Shown: positions 30,731 through 40,722, counted from the stretch's first letter. The stretch: 64,000 nucleotides of DNA from Hyphomicrobiales bacterium (GCA_031421835.1 JANOPL010000038.1:1972-65971); one strand, 5' to 3'. A program made the numbers and translations. Notes: generated from the sequence alone by a model not told the origin.

Positions 30731-31930
30731 ATGATCACGCGCCGCCGGTTGCTCGCCACCTCACTTGCCACAACAGGGTTGCCGTTGTGGTCGCGCAGTG
30801 TCGTGGCCGCTGATTTTTCGGCCGTTGAAGCAGAGGCCAAAGGCCAGACAGTCTATTTTAATGCCTGGGCGGGGTCTGACACCATCAACGCGTATATCGT
30901 CTGGGCTGGCGAACACATGAAGACTCGCTATGGCGTGACGGTCGAACATGTCAAAATCACTGATACTGCTGAGGTGGTCAAACGTGTCCGTGATGAAGTG
31001 GCAGCAGGCAAAACAGATGGTTCCGTTGACCTGGTCTGGATCAACGGTGAGAATTTTCGCGCTCTGAAAACAGACAAGCTTCTGTTTGGTCCATGGTCAG
31101 AGAGCTTGCCGAATTATGCGTTGGTAGATGTGGAAGGCAAGCCCACGACGCGTCAGGATTTCAGCGAGGCTGTTGAAGGTTTGGAAGCGCCGTGGGGCAT
31201 GGCGCAGCTTACTTTTTTTGCTGATGGCGCAAAAGTTTCGACACCCCCACTCAGCATCATTGAGTTGATTGCTTATGCCACACAAAATCCTGGACGTGTG
31301 AGCTACCCCGCACCACCTGACTTTCATGGCACGACTTTTCTGAAGCAAGTGCTATTAGAATCTGCTCAGGACCCCGGTGTTTTTGCTAAGCCCGGCGACG
31401 AAATTGAATTCAAAAAATATGAAGATCTGTGGGCGGCTTCGTTGGATGAGTTGCACAAGGTGAGTTGGCGCGAGGGAAAACAGTTTCCGAAGGCACAGGC
31501 AGACGTCACCAACATGGTCGCAGACGGCGAATTGAACATCGGTATTACTTTCAATCCCAATGAACCGGCAAACCTCGTGGCTGCAAGCCGCATGCCTGCT
31601 TCAACAGTAGCGTGGCAGCACCGCAACGGCACCATTGGCAATACGCATTTTGTTGCAATCCCCGCCAACGCAAAAGCCAAAGCTGCCGCACAGGTGTTCG
31701 CGAATTTCCTGTTGTCACCGGAAGCGCAGGCGAAGAAAAATGATCTGAAAGTCTGGGGTGACCCCACAGTGCTTGCGATTTCAAAACTGACAGCAACGGA
31801 TGCGCAAATGTTTACGGCTTCTGCCGCACCTGGCAGCGTGACGATTCCTGGCCCTGCTCTGCTGGAGCCGCATGCTTCCTGGGTCGGATTGCTCGAAAGC
31901 GCGTGGCTGAGACGTTACGGCAAGGGTTGA
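30731..31930 (+). CDS. ynjB: ABC substrate-binding protein, YnjB-like, with Tat signal
   Basis: TRRRLL Tat signal; GQTVYFNAWAG, VDLVWINGENF, YPAPPDFHGTTFLKQ and GNTHFVAIP motifs. Confidence 0.82.
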   Translation: MITRRRLLATSLATTGLPLWSRSVVAADFSAVEAEAKGQTVYFNAWAGSDTINAYIVWAGEHMKTRYGVTVEHVKITDTAEVVKRVRDEVAAGKTDGSVDLVWINGENFRALKTDKLLFGPWSESLPNYALVDVEGKPTTRQDFSEAVEGLEAPWGMAQLTFFADGAKVSTPPLSIIELIAYATQNPGRVSYPAPPDFHGTTFLKQVLLESAQDPGVFAKPGDEIEFKKYEDLWAASLDELHKVSWREGKQFPKAQADVTNMVADGELNIGITFNPNEPANLVAASRMPASTVAWQHRNGTIGNTHFVAIPANAKAKAAAQVFANFLLSPEAQAKKNDLKVWGDPTVLAISKLTATDAQMFTASAAPGSVTIPGPALLEPHASWVGLLESAWLRRYGKG

Positions 31931-33537
31931 TGCACAATCGCACTGCTCTTTGGGGTGCCACACCTCTGGCATTGTTGTTTGCAGTGCCGCTGGTTTTCAG
32001 TTTGCTCTTACTTGCGCCTCGGCTTTTGGATGCGAAGAGTTTTGACGCTCTGTTCCAACATCCACAATTCTGGGGCGGACTTTCTCTTACGCTGATTACA
32101 GGGTGTGTCAGCACGATTTTGGCACTGTTGTTTGCAGTGTTAATTGTGATGGGCGCCTTGTCAGCATTTCGCAGAAGCAACGCCCTGTTTTTAGCGATAC
32201 CGCATTTGGCTCTGGCTCTCGGCCTGGGATTTGTAGTTGCTCCGACAGGACTTTTGGCGCGCGCGTTTGTGGGCGGCAGTTCGCCGCCTGACTGGCAGAT
32301 GGCGCAGGACCCGGCAGGTGTGGGATTGATTGTGGCACTGGTGCTGAAAGAAGCCCCATTCCTGGTTTGGGCAATGAGCAGCGTTTTATACGGTAACGAG
32401 TTGCGCCAGCGCTTTGAACAGGAGGCGCTGGTTGCCCGAAGTCTGGGCCACGGACCGCGCTCGACGTTCTTCAAGATTATACTGCCACAAGTGCTGCCTC
32501 GTATCATTTGGCCGCTGGTGGCAGTGTTCAGCTATGGCATGACCGTGGTCGATATGGCGCTGGTCATCGGACCCGCTCAACCGCCAACACTGGCGCAGTT
32601 GATCTGGACTGACTTGAATGATGGTGAAGTCTTTGCCAACGCGCGTGGAGCAGCGGGAACAATTTTCCTGAGCGCCGTCTTGATGCTGCTTTTAACTGTG
32701 GCGTGGTTGACGTGGAGCATCCTGCGTCCATTAATAAGATCTGTAATGACGCGTCCCGCCGCAATTGAACGGAACACCGCCTTTATCAGTTCCCTCATCG
32801 CTGGCTTGTGGTTGGTCGTTTACGCGGCAATCGTATTTGCCCTGTTCTTGCAGTCAGTGTCTCAATACTGGCCTTATCCGCTGCTTGTTGCGAATGATTA
32901 TTCGCTCAAAGCCTGGAGCACCGCTTTGACCAATCCACAGCCACTTTTCACCAGTTTGGTGTTGGGTGTTGTGACTGCAGGCTTATCGCTTCTGGCAGTG
33001 GTGTCCTGGCTTGAAACCCAACCCTCTCAGCGCGACCGCTTGGTTTTGCCGCTCGTACTTGTCATGCTGTGTGTACCAGCACTGCTGGTTTCACTTGGAC
33101 AATATCGTTTGTTGTTACTGTTGGGTTTAACGGGCACGTGGAGTGGGCTTTTATTCGCACACCTGCTGCCGGTGATGGCTTATGTGTTTATTATTTTGCG
33201 CGGGTCTTATCGTGGATATGATCAGCGATGGCAGGCTGTGGGCTCTGGATTGGGGGTAGAACGGATCAAATTTTTGCGCCTCGTAAAATGGCCGATGTTG
33301 AAGGCTCCGTTGCTTTCGGCTCTGGCCGTTGGTTTTGCTGTGTCGGTTGCACAATTTGTGCCGGCGCAATTGGCGGCGGCGGGGCGGTTCTCAACGCTGC
33401 CCATGGAGGCTGTCACTTTGAGCAGTGGCGGTAACAGGGCTTTGATCTCCACTTATGGATTGTTGTTGATGCTTTTACCCCTCGTGGGCTTTGGCTTTGC
33501 AGCTTGGTTTTCAAGATCTCGGTGGGACAATGCTTGA
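31930..33537 (+). CDS. ynjC: ABC permease, YnjC-like (two fused permease units)
   Basis: ATG overlaps the ynjB stop; PHLALALG, KEAPFL and VAQFVP motifs; many TM segments. Confidence 0.8.
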   Translation: MHNRTALWGATPLALLFAVPLVFSLLLLAPRLLDAKSFDALFQHPQFWGGLSLTLITGCVSTILALLFAVLIVMGALSAFRRSNALFLAIPHLALALGLGFVVAPTGLLARAFVGGSSPPDWQMAQDPAGVGLIVALVLKEAPFLVWAMSSVLYGNELRQRFEQEALVARSLGHGPRSTFFKIILPQVLPRIIWPLVAVFSYGMTVVDMALVIGPAQPPTLAQLIWTDLNDGEVFANARGAAGTIFLSAVLMLLLTVAWLTWSILRPLIRSVMTRPAAIERNTAFISSLIAGLWLVVYAAIVFALFLQSVSQYWPYPLLVANDYSLKAWSTALTNPQPLFTSLVLGVVTAGLSLLAVVSWLETQPSQRDRLVLPLVLVMLCVPALLVSLGQYRLLLLLGLTGTWSGLLFAHLLPVMAYVFIILRGSYRGYDQRWQAVGSGLGVERIKFLRLVKWPMLKAPLLSALAVGFAVSVAQFVPAQLAAAGRFSTLPMEAVTLSSGGNRALISTYGLLLMLLPLVGFGFAAWFSRSRWDNA

Positions 33538-34174
33538 GCTGCGTGATTTCGCACTGTCCCTGAAAGGTCGCGTGCTGTTGCAAGCTTTCACCCTCACTGT
33601 CGAGGCAGGCGAAGTTGTTACACTGATGGGACACAGCGGCTCGGGCAAAACTTCGTTGTTGTCTTATATCGGCGGGGATTTAAGCACTGCATTTGAAGCG
33701 TCGGGGCATGTCATGCTCAACGGTGTTTCCGTGCAAAACTTAGCCGCGGAGGCAAGGGGGATTGCGCGCCTGTTTCAGGACGACCTGCTGTTTCCGCACA
33801 TGACTGTTGGTGAAAACCTGTTGTTCGCGGTTCCACGCATGCCGCAGACTGAGCGCCTTGCAATGATGCGCACAGCCCTGCAAAGGGCAGAGCTTGAAGG
33901 CTTTGAAAACCGTGCGCCACACACGTTGTCGGGCGGGCAGCGGCAACGCGTGGCGCTGATGCGGGCCCTGCTGGCAAAGCCCAAAGCCATTCTGCTGGAT
34001 GAACCTTTCAGCAAACTCGATCAATCTTTGAGGCAACAAATGCGTGCTTATGTTTACACTCACATTACAGCGCGAAACATTCCGGCCTTGCTCGTTACCC
34101 ATGACCGTGATGATGCGCCCAAAGGTGGACGTGTGTTTGAGATCTCAACGGTTGGGGAGCTGGACCGTGTTTGA
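33530..34174 (+). CDS. ynjD: ABC ATP-binding protein, YnjD-like
   Basis: [26 protein letters not shown] and LLDEPF motifs. Confidence 0.82.
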   Translation: MLELRDFALSLKGRVLLQAFTLTVEAGEVVTLMGHSGSGKTSLLSYIGGDLSTAFEASGHVMLNGVSVQNLAAEARGIARLFQDDLLFPHMTVGENLLFAVPRMPQTERLAMMRTALQRAELEGFENRAPHTLSGGQRQRVALMRALLAKPKAILLDEPFSKLDQSLRQQMRAYVYTHITARNIPALLVTHDRDDAPKGGRVFEISTVGELDRV

Positions 34175-34787
34175 CCGTCAATTGTTGGCACTCACCAAGC
34201 CCATGGTAAACCGCATTGCGAAAGCGTTGCACGACGTTGGCATCTCCGCCAATCAAGTGTCGCTTTCAGGATTTGTTTTTGGTGTGACGGCGGCTGCATT
34301 GATCGCCCATGGCAACATCTGGATCGCCATCATACCACTACTTCTCAACCGTCTGCTTGATGGACTGGACGGTGCAGTCGCGCGCCACTCGGCGCCGACG
34401 GATCGCGGTGCTTTTCTTGACATTACGTTGGACTTTCTATTCTACGCTGCGGTGCCGTTGGCCTTTGGTTTTAGCGATCCTGCCAACAACGCACTGGCGG
34501 CCGCTGCTCTGCTCGCAAGCTTTATCGGCACTGGCGTGTCCTTCCTTGCATACGCCATCATGGCGGAGAAGCGCGGAGAGAAAAGTACCGCCTATCCCTC
34601 AAAATCATTCTACTACCTGGGCGGCCTGACCGAGGGCTTCGAAACAGTGATGTGTTTTGTTGCCATGTGCCTGTGGCCGGAATACTTCAAAGTAATTGCT
34701 TATGCTTTTGCCGCCATGTGTTGTGTCACAACACTCACGCGGCTGCTTGCGGGCTGGCAGGCGTTCGGGGTGCAGCCACACCGCTAA
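34167..34787 (+). CDS. ynjF: CDP-alcohol phosphatidyltransferase family protein, YnjF-like
   Basis: DGLDGAVAR...GAFLDITLD signature and GLTEGFET; GTG start at 34167. Confidence 0.85.
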   Translation: MFDRQLLALTKPMVNRIAKALHDVGISANQVSLSGFVFGVTAAALIAHGNIWIAIIPLLLNRLLDGLDGAVARHSAPTDRGAFLDITLDFLFYAAVPLAFGFSDPANNALAAAALLASFIGTGVSFLAYAIMAEKRGEKSTAYPSKSFYYLGGLTEGFETVMCFVAMCLWPEYFKVIAYAFAAMCCVTTLTRLLAGWQAFGVQPHR

Positions 34788-35628
34788 ACACTTTTGGTTT
34801 GTGCACGAGATTGACCAGAACAAACGAAATGATCATCAGCAGATACCACGAACCAAATTTACCGATCGAAACCAGTTCCCAGCCGGATTTTTGATTGGGG
34901 TAGAGCCAGATTCGCGAAGCCGTTGCGATGTTTTCTGCAAACCAGATAAACAGTGACACCAAAAAGAATCCCAGAAGCATGTTCATGCGGTGGCGAAAGC
35001 GGAAGACCTGGTAGTGAACATTGCAACGCCAAAACAGCAGTGCAGTTGCCACAAACAACAGCCAACGCATGTCCCAGACATAATGGTGGGTGAAGAAGTT
35101 GGCGTAGATACCGATTGCCAACGCAATGGTGGCCCAGGTGGGCGGGTAGTTTGAAAAGTGAAAGTCAAAGATGCGGGTGACACGGGCGAGATAAGAGCCA
35201 ACTGCGGCATACATAAAACCTGAGAACAATGGCACGTCGCCCAAGCGGAAGAAGCTGTCTTCGGGATAAGTCCAGGACCCGGCCTTGGTTTTGAAAAGTT
35301 CCATGGCGGTGCCGACGACATGGAAAATAAAAATGACGACGGCCTCTGACGGCTTTTCCAGTTTGAATGCCAGCATGCCCACCTGAATGAGCACCGCACT
35401 CATGAACAGCGCATCGTAGCGGGAGATGGTTGATGAGTCAGGCCACACAAACGCTGATACCATGATGAGCGCCAGCAGCGCCCCGCCATACAGACAAGCC
35501 CAGGCTTGTTTCAAACCGAAGACCAGAAACTCCAGGGCAGCGCCAGCCAGTCCATGGCTGGGCAAGCGTTCCAGCACGGCGTGTGCGGCTGAATCAATCT
35601 TGGCTTCGAGAGCGGTGCGTTGTTTCAT
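34735..35628 (-). CDS. DUF817 family membrane protein
   Basis: FGLKQAWACLYGG, FHVVGTAMELFKT, VPLFSGFMYAAVGSY and WFAENI motifs. Confidence 0.82.
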   Translation of the reverse strand: MKQRTALEAKIDSAAHAVLERLPSHGLAGAALEFLVFGLKQAWACLYGGALLALIMVSAFVWPDSSTISRYDALFMSAVLIQVGMLAFKLEKPSEAVVIFIFHVVGTAMELFKTKAGSWTYPEDSFFRLGDVPLFSGFMYAAVGSYLARVTRIFDFHFSNYPPTWATIALAIGIYANFFTHHYVWDMRWLLFVATALLFWRCNVHYQVFRFRHRMNMLLGFFLVSLFIWFAENIATASRIWLYPNQKSGWELVSIGKFGSWYLLMIISFVLVNLVHKPKVFSGVAAPRTPASPQAAA

Positions 35629-35789
35629 GGTGCCGTTTCTGGTTTGAAACACACTCTTCACGGTGTGTGGTGAAAAGGTGGTGACGCAATTCCTTAACAC
35701 GCGTTAACAAAAAACTTTGTTTCTGCCCAAAATAATTCTTGAATATGACACACGAATCCATCATATGCGGCTCGTCCAAAGTCGCACGT

Positions 35790-36030
35790 GCAGCAAAGGC
35801 CAGCCTTCCAACAGAAGCACGGCCCTAAGCAACGACGGTGAGGGCTTCTCGTCTCGCTGGTTTCGTCCAAAGGCCAGCACACCAGAGGCAAACACAAGTC
35901 TGCTCGATGTGCGGTTGGCACCATCCCAATCAATCAGAAGCGAAAGTCAGTTAGGGGTTCTTATCCTTTGCGTCTCCATCGCGCTTGGGTTTTTACCACT
36001 GGCTGGTCCTGTCATCTCTTTTTTCGGGAA
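35790..36030 (+). promoter_or_regulatory. Structured 5' leader of ornithine decarboxylase; probably the alphaproteobacterial speF RNA motif
   Basis: Long UTR with CAAAGGCCAGC repeated (35794 and 35868), complementary tracts GCTGGTTT (35856) and GGCTGGTCCT (36001), and the hairpin GGCCCT/AGGGCT. Boundaries are approximate. Confidence 0.5.
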
Positions 36031-36038
36031 CTTTCATT

Positions 36039-37172
36039 ATGGCCACGGCAAAAATCATCGACTTCATCCGACGCGAACAGCCCGAAGGCCCTTGCCTCGT
36101 GCTCGACTTGGATGTTGTGCGCGACAACTACGAAGCTTTCGCCCGCACCATGCCGGGCACACGCATTTTCTATGCCGTGAAAGCCAACCCTGCTCCTGAA
36201 ATTCTCTCGCTGCTCGCTTCGCTTGGCTCGTGCTTCGACACGGCTTCGGTGGCTGAGATTGAAATGGCTCTTGCTGCCGGTGCCACGCCTGGGCGTATTT
36301 CCTTTGGCAACACCATCAAGAAAGAGCGCGACATTGCACGCGCCCATGCGCTCGGCATCAATCTCTATGCCGTCGACTCCGATGAGGAAGTCGAAAAAGT
36401 AGCGCGTGCTGCCCCTGGTGCCGCCGTATTCTGCCGCATCTTGGCTGATGGCGCCGGCGCTGAATGGCCTTTGTCGCGCAAGTTCGGTTGCGAGCCTTCG
36501 ATGGCCGAAGATGTGTTGTTGCATGCCCACAAGCTGGGCCTCAAAGCCTATGGCATTTCATTCCATGTGGGTTCGCAACAAACCCGTCTTGGCGCATGGG
36601 ACCAAGCTGTTGGCGAAGCCAAGGCGATTTTCGACCGCATGCTCGGCCATGGCATTACGCTTGAAATGGTGAACCTGGGTGGCGGCTTCCCAACCAAATA
36701 TTTGAAAGCTGTTCCGGGCCAAAACCAATACGCCAACGCCATTCACGATGCGCTTGCCAAGCACTTCGGCAATGCCATTCCAGAAACCATCATTGAGCCT
36801 GGCCGTGGCATGGTGGGCAATGCCGGCGTCATCAAATCAGAAGTGGTTTTGATCTCAAAGAAGCATGTGAATGACAATGTGCGCTGGGTGTACCTCGACA
36901 TTGGCAAGTTCGGCGGACTTGCCGAAACCATGGACGAAGCCATCCGCTATCCCTTGGTCACGGCGAAAGACGGAGACGCGATGGAACCTTGCGTGATTGC
37001 AGGTCCAACCTGTGACTCGGCTGACGTGCTCTACGAAAAGACGCCCTATCCTCTGCCGATCACGCTGTCAGTTGGCGATGAAGTGCTGATTGAAGCCTGT
37101 GGTGCCTACACCACGACCTATTCAGCCGTGGCCTTCAACGGCTTCCCGCCGCTCCGAAGCTTTGTGATTTAA
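36039..37172 (+). CDS. odc: Ornithine decarboxylase (fold-type III PLP enzyme)
   Basis: YAVKAN PLP lysine, FDTAS, SRKFG, SFHVGSQ, EPGR, GPTCDSAD and FNGF motifs. Confidence 0.9.
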   Translation: MATAKIIDFIRREQPEGPCLVLDLDVVRDNYEAFARTMPGTRIFYAVKANPAPEILSLLASLGSCFDTASVAEIEMALAAGATPGRISFGNTIKKERDIARAHALGINLYAVDSDEEVEKVARAAPGAAVFCRILADGAGAEWPLSRKFGCEPSMAEDVLLHAHKLGLKAYGISFHVGSQQTRLGAWDQAVGEAKAIFDRMLGHGITLEMVNLGGGFPTKYLKAVPGQNQYANAIHDALAKHFGNAIPETIIEPGRGMVGNAGVIKSEVVLISKKHVNDNVRWVYLDIGKFGGLAETMDEAIRYPLVTAKDGDAMEPCVIAGPTCDSADVLYEKTPYPLPITLSVGDEVLIEACGAYTTTYSAVAFNGFPPLRSFVI

Positions 37173-37192
37173 CGACAATCACCGCCCTCGCC

Positions 37193-37285
37193 CTTCGAGG
37201 CATCGCTGCGCGATGCACTTCAGGGTGAGGGACTTCCTCCATATTTCCTCATGCTGAGGTGCCCGCGCATGCGCGGGCCTCGAAG
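37193..37285. repeat. Inverted pair of REP-like units (REPIN-like)
   Basis: CTTCGAGG[hairpin]CACTTCAGGGTGAGG, a 16-nt spacer, then CCTCATGCTGAGGTG[hairpin]CCTCGAAG. Confidence 0.7.
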
Positions 37286-37320
37286 CACCTTGGCCACACT
37301 CATATTTTGGGAGACTTTCA

Positions 37321-37851
37321 ATGGTCACCATCCGCACCGAATTGCCCTCTGATGTTGTGTCTCGCGAACGCCTCTTGGACAAGGCTTTTGGCAAGACACG
37401 GGTCCGCAAGACGTCAGAGCGCCTGCGTGAAGGCCGTTTGCCAGCGGACGGCCTGGCCTTCACCGCTCTTGATGCGAAAGGTCGTGTCGTCGGCACCATT
37501 CGCTTGTGGTCGGTTATCGCAGGCTCGGCTGGTCCATCGCTGTTGCTCGGCCCCTTGGCGGTTGATTGCAAGAGCCAGGGTAAAGGCTTGGGCCGCGCGT
37601 TGATGGAGCATGCCATCAACAGCGCCTGCGTGTTGGGGCACGAGTCGATTTTGTTGGTGGGTGATGCGCCCTACTACAGCCGTTTTGGTTTTGATGTTGC
37701 GATGACCCGCAGCCTGCATTTGCCAGGCCCGGTTGATCGCAGCCGTTTTCTTGGTTTGGAATTGACCCCGGGGGCTTTGGACGGCGCCGAGGGTCTGGTC
37801 AGTGCAGCTGGCGTAGCGGCGCGTGGGGATGACCGCGCTCAAGCCGCCTGA
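37321..37851 (+). CDS. GNAT family N-acetyltransferase
   Basis: LLLGPLAVD...QGKGLG and LVGDAPYYSRFGF motifs; conserved neighbour of odc. Confidence 0.88.
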   Translation: MVTIRTELPSDVVSRERLLDKAFGKTRVRKTSERLREGRLPADGLAFTALDAKGRVVGTIRLWSVIAGSAGPSLLLGPLAVDCKSQGKGLGRALMEHAINSACVLGHESILLVGDAPYYSRFGFDVAMTRSLHLPGPVDRSRFLGLELTPGALDGAEGLVSAAGVAARGDDRAQAA

Positions 37852-37856
37852 CAGTG

Positions 37857-37899
37857 GCATGTCCCGAAAAAGTTGTGAACTTTTTCGATCGGGACTTGC
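37857..37899. repeat. Alphaproteobacterial intergenic palindrome (CIR/Box-like)
   Basis: GCATGTCCCGAAAAAGTT-GTG-AACTTTTTCG-ATC-GGGACTTGC, an interrupted inverted repeat. Confidence 0.6.
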
Positions 37900-37908
37900 G
37901 CAAAGAAG

Positions 37909-37939
37909 AAAGGGCGGTCGATGGATTGGCCGCCCTTTT
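37909..37939. terminator. Bidirectional intrinsic terminator between GNAT and the permease
   Basis: AAAGGGCGGTC-N-GGCCGCCCTTT stem between two convergent genes. Confidence 0.7.
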
Positions 37940-37956
37940 GCGTTTTATGCCTTCAC

Positions 37957-39528
37957 TCAGCTTTTGGCGAGAGCCGCTTCCTTTGCTGCAATCGCGGCCT
38001 GACGGCGCTTGATTTCTTCGCCCATCGGTGGGCCTTTGAAGCGCTTGTTTTCACTTGCAAACCAAAGCACTGCCAAAAAGACTGCAAAGCCCACTGAATA
38101 CCAGATCAGTCCCGGCACGAAGCTTGTGCCCGCTGCTGCATCTCCTGGTATTGATGGAACAAAGACATGGCCCGCAATCAGGATCAAAATAGTTCCGATC
38201 AATACAATCGCTGCAAACAGCTTCGACAACCCACCAAGGCGGAACTTGCCATAAGTGTTCCAAGTCTTGCCTTCCGCAAACAGGCCAGCAACCACTGGCA
38301 TACCGTACGAAAGATAAAGATACATGGCGCAACCTGTAGACAAAGCTGCAAAGGCATTCAGTGGCGTCGTGATGATGACAAGGATCGAGCAGGCTACAAA
38401 TGTTGCCCAAATGGCGGCGTTCGGTGTGCGATGTTGTTTGCTGACTGAGCCTAACAGGCTCGAGAACGGCAAACCGCCATCACGTGCGAAGGCGTAGACC
38501 ATACGCGAGGTCGACGTCATTGCAGCCAGCGCGCACAGGAAGTTAGCCAGAATAATGCCGACCAGCATCAATTTGCCAAGCCACGAACCGAGAATGACTT
38601 TGGTATAAAGATTGAAGAACGAGCCCCAACCCTCAGCGGCAGCGGCCTTCAAGTCGGGAATTGCCAGCACCATTACGAGGATCAACACAAATCCGAAAAT
38701 CAATGACCACAGCACCGACTGGATCATGCCCTTGTGAACAGTGTTTTGCGCATCGACGGTTTCTTCGGCGGTGTGAGCAGAAGCGTCAAAGCCTGTGATC
38801 GTAAACAACGGGTACAGCAGACCAATGATCATCGCCATGAGCCAACCCGACTCAGGTGCCACACCGCCACCGGCAGCACCCGTGTTGTTGGAGAATTCAA
38901 AAGCACGTCCGAGATTGAAATCAACAGCGTTCATGCCGAACATGACAATCAGGATCACGGTGACTGCAAGGATCATATAGCCAGCAAGGTCGGTGAGCTT
39001 GGTCGTGAGGCCGATGCCGAAATGGTTTAACGCGGCCTGCAATGCCGTCATGACAACAACAAATGAGATTTGGGTCCAGTTACCCCAGCCTGACACATCA
39101 GCACCAAGCCATCCTGCAAACAACAAATCCTTAACGAGGAAATAGAGGAACACGTTGACGGCAGGAATAACAAAGAGAAGACCTAGCAAATTGATATAGG
39201 CTGTGGCCCAACCCCAGAACCGTCCACCCAGTATGGAAGACCAGTGATAAAGACCGCCAGCTGTTGGATAGGCTGACGCAATTTGTCCCAAGGATGATGC
39301 AACAATCAATGCGAAAACACCACCGACGATCCAGCCTATAGTCAGCGAGAACGGTCCACCCGAAGAAAGTGCGATGGGGAATGACCCAAAACCACCAGAG
39401 ATAATACAAATAATCGCAAATGAAATTGCGAAGCTTTGAAATGGTCCCATGCGCCGCGATAGTTCTTGCGCGTAGCCCATGCCATGAAGGACCTTTTCGT
39501 CCTCGCTCATGTGTTTGTTATCGGCCAT
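37957..39528 (-). CDS. APC-family amino acid/amine permease (GABA-permease-like)
   Basis: GYAQELSR, YPTAGGLYHW, GFDASAHTAEET and RMVYAFARDGGLP motifs. Confidence 0.9.
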   Translation of the reverse strand: MADNKHMSEDEKVLHGMGYAQELSRRMGPFQSFAISFAIICIISGGFGSFPIALSSGGPFSLTIGWIVGGVFALIVASSLGQIASAYPTAGGLYHWSSILGGRFWGWATAYINLLGLLFVIPAVNVFLYFLVKDLLFAGWLGADVSGWGNWTQISFVVVMTALQAALNHFGIGLTTKLTDLAGYMILAVTVILIVMFGMNAVDFNLGRAFEFSNNTGAAGGGVAPESGWLMAMIIGLLYPLFTITGFDASAHTAEETVDAQNTVHKGMIQSVLWSLIFGFVLILVMVLAIPDLKAAAAEGWGSFFNLYTKVILGSWLGKLMLVGIILANFLCALAAMTSTSRMVYAFARDGGLPFSSLLGSVSKQHRTPNAAIWATFVACSILVIITTPLNAFAALSTGCAMYLYLSYGMPVVAGLFAEGKTWNTYGKFRLGGLSKLFAAIVLIGTILILIAGHVFVPSIPGDAAAGTSFVPGLIWYSVGFAVFLAVLWFASENKRFKGPPMGEEIKRRQAAIAAKEAALAKS

Positions 39529-39743
39529 AGTGGCTCTCCCTGCTGCTTCGGGGTGAAGCTGCTTTTGTTGATTGATTTATGTTGCCCCAGCACCGCCCCG
39601 CCTTGTTGCGGCAGGTGTGGCGTGAAAGTCCCCTCTGTGCATAGTGAGTGAAAGCAGGCGGCGCGTCAACACACCACTTGAAGCCTGTTAAGCCCTTTGG
39701 GTTGAGTATTCCTCACACGCGAAGGCTGTGCTAGGCAGCTGCA

Positions 39744-40640
39744 ATGGCACACAAGCACTACAACTTCCCCTCATTGAATGGTCTGGCGGCGTTTGAGGCT
39801 GCGGGCCGCTACATGAGTTTGACGCGCGCGGCGGCTGAACTCAATGTCACGCCAGGGGCAGTGTCCAAACATATCGCACTTCTGGAAATGGAGATCGGCG
39901 CAAAGTTGTTTATCAGGCTGCATCGTTCACTTGAGCTGACAGTTGAGGGAGCTGCCCTGCTGGAAGCGTTGAAAGGGGCTTTCGGCCAGATCGCGGAAAC
40001 GCTTGACGCTTTCCGCAAGGGCGGGCCGAAGCGGGCCGTGACCATTGGCACCACCAGTGCCTTTGCGCAGTTCTGGTTGATGCCGCGTTTGGGCGCATTC
40101 TGGCGGCAACACCAAGATATTGTGATTGATCATGTCATCTCGGACAAAACGCAGGAAAGCATGATTTCTCCCGTAGACTTGCGCGTACGCTACGGGTCCG
40201 GCCAGTTTCAGGATGAATATGCCAGCAAGCTCTTTGACGATCATATCATGGCCGTTGCGTCGCCTGAATTTCTGCGCGGCCGCTCAATCAGGGACATCGA
40301 AAACGTAGCCGCACTACCGTTGCTTTCTGTTGAAGGGGTGGACTGGACGTGGACGTCCTGGTCTGACTTTCTGCGCCATGCCGGAGCAAGTACAAAACAT
40401 CTGAATATACGTCGATTCAACAGCCACGTGATTGCCGTACAAGCTGCACTTGATGGTCAAGGCGTGGTGCTGGGCTGGAAAGGTTTCATGAAGCCGCTTA
40501 TCGCAGCTAAGAGATTGCAGAAAATTGGTCGCCACGAAATGCCGGCACCTCAAAGTTTCTATTTGACATGGACAATGAAACGCCCACTTTCAATCGAGGC
40601 TGTAATTTTGAAAGACTGGCTGTTGGCGAATTTGGATTGA
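39744..40640 (+). CDS. LysR-family regulator (GcvA subfamily)
   Basis: PSLNGLAAFEAAGRYMSLTRAAAELNVTPGAVSKHI HTH. Confidence 0.92.
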   Translation: MAHKHYNFPSLNGLAAFEAAGRYMSLTRAAAELNVTPGAVSKHIALLEMEIGAKLFIRLHRSLELTVEGAALLEALKGAFGQIAETLDAFRKGGPKRAVTIGTTSAFAQFWLMPRLGAFWRQHQDIVIDHVISDKTQESMISPVDLRVRYGSGQFQDEYASKLFDDHIMAVASPEFLRGRSIRDIENVAALPLLSVEGVDWTWTSWSDFLRHAGASTKHLNIRRFNSHVIAVQAALDGQGVVLGWKGFMKPLIAAKRLQKIGRHEMPAPQSFYLTWTMKRPLSIEAVILKDWLLANLD

Positions 40641-40722
40641 GTAAAATTCAAGCGAGTGATGCCGCTGAACTGGCTTGCCGAGGGTGGGGTGGCGGCACCA
40701 TAGTCATCCCGGGAGATGTGCC

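Noticed and set aside
35717-36199. 160-aa ORF upstream of and overlapping odc, a possible leader peptide
   Set aside because: No RBS or protein-like features, and it overlaps odc out of frame. The region is better explained as a structured UTR.
37321-37956. Absence of homospermidine synthase after odc-GNAT
   Set aside because: The gene may simply lie elsewhere in the genome; absence from one window is uninformative.
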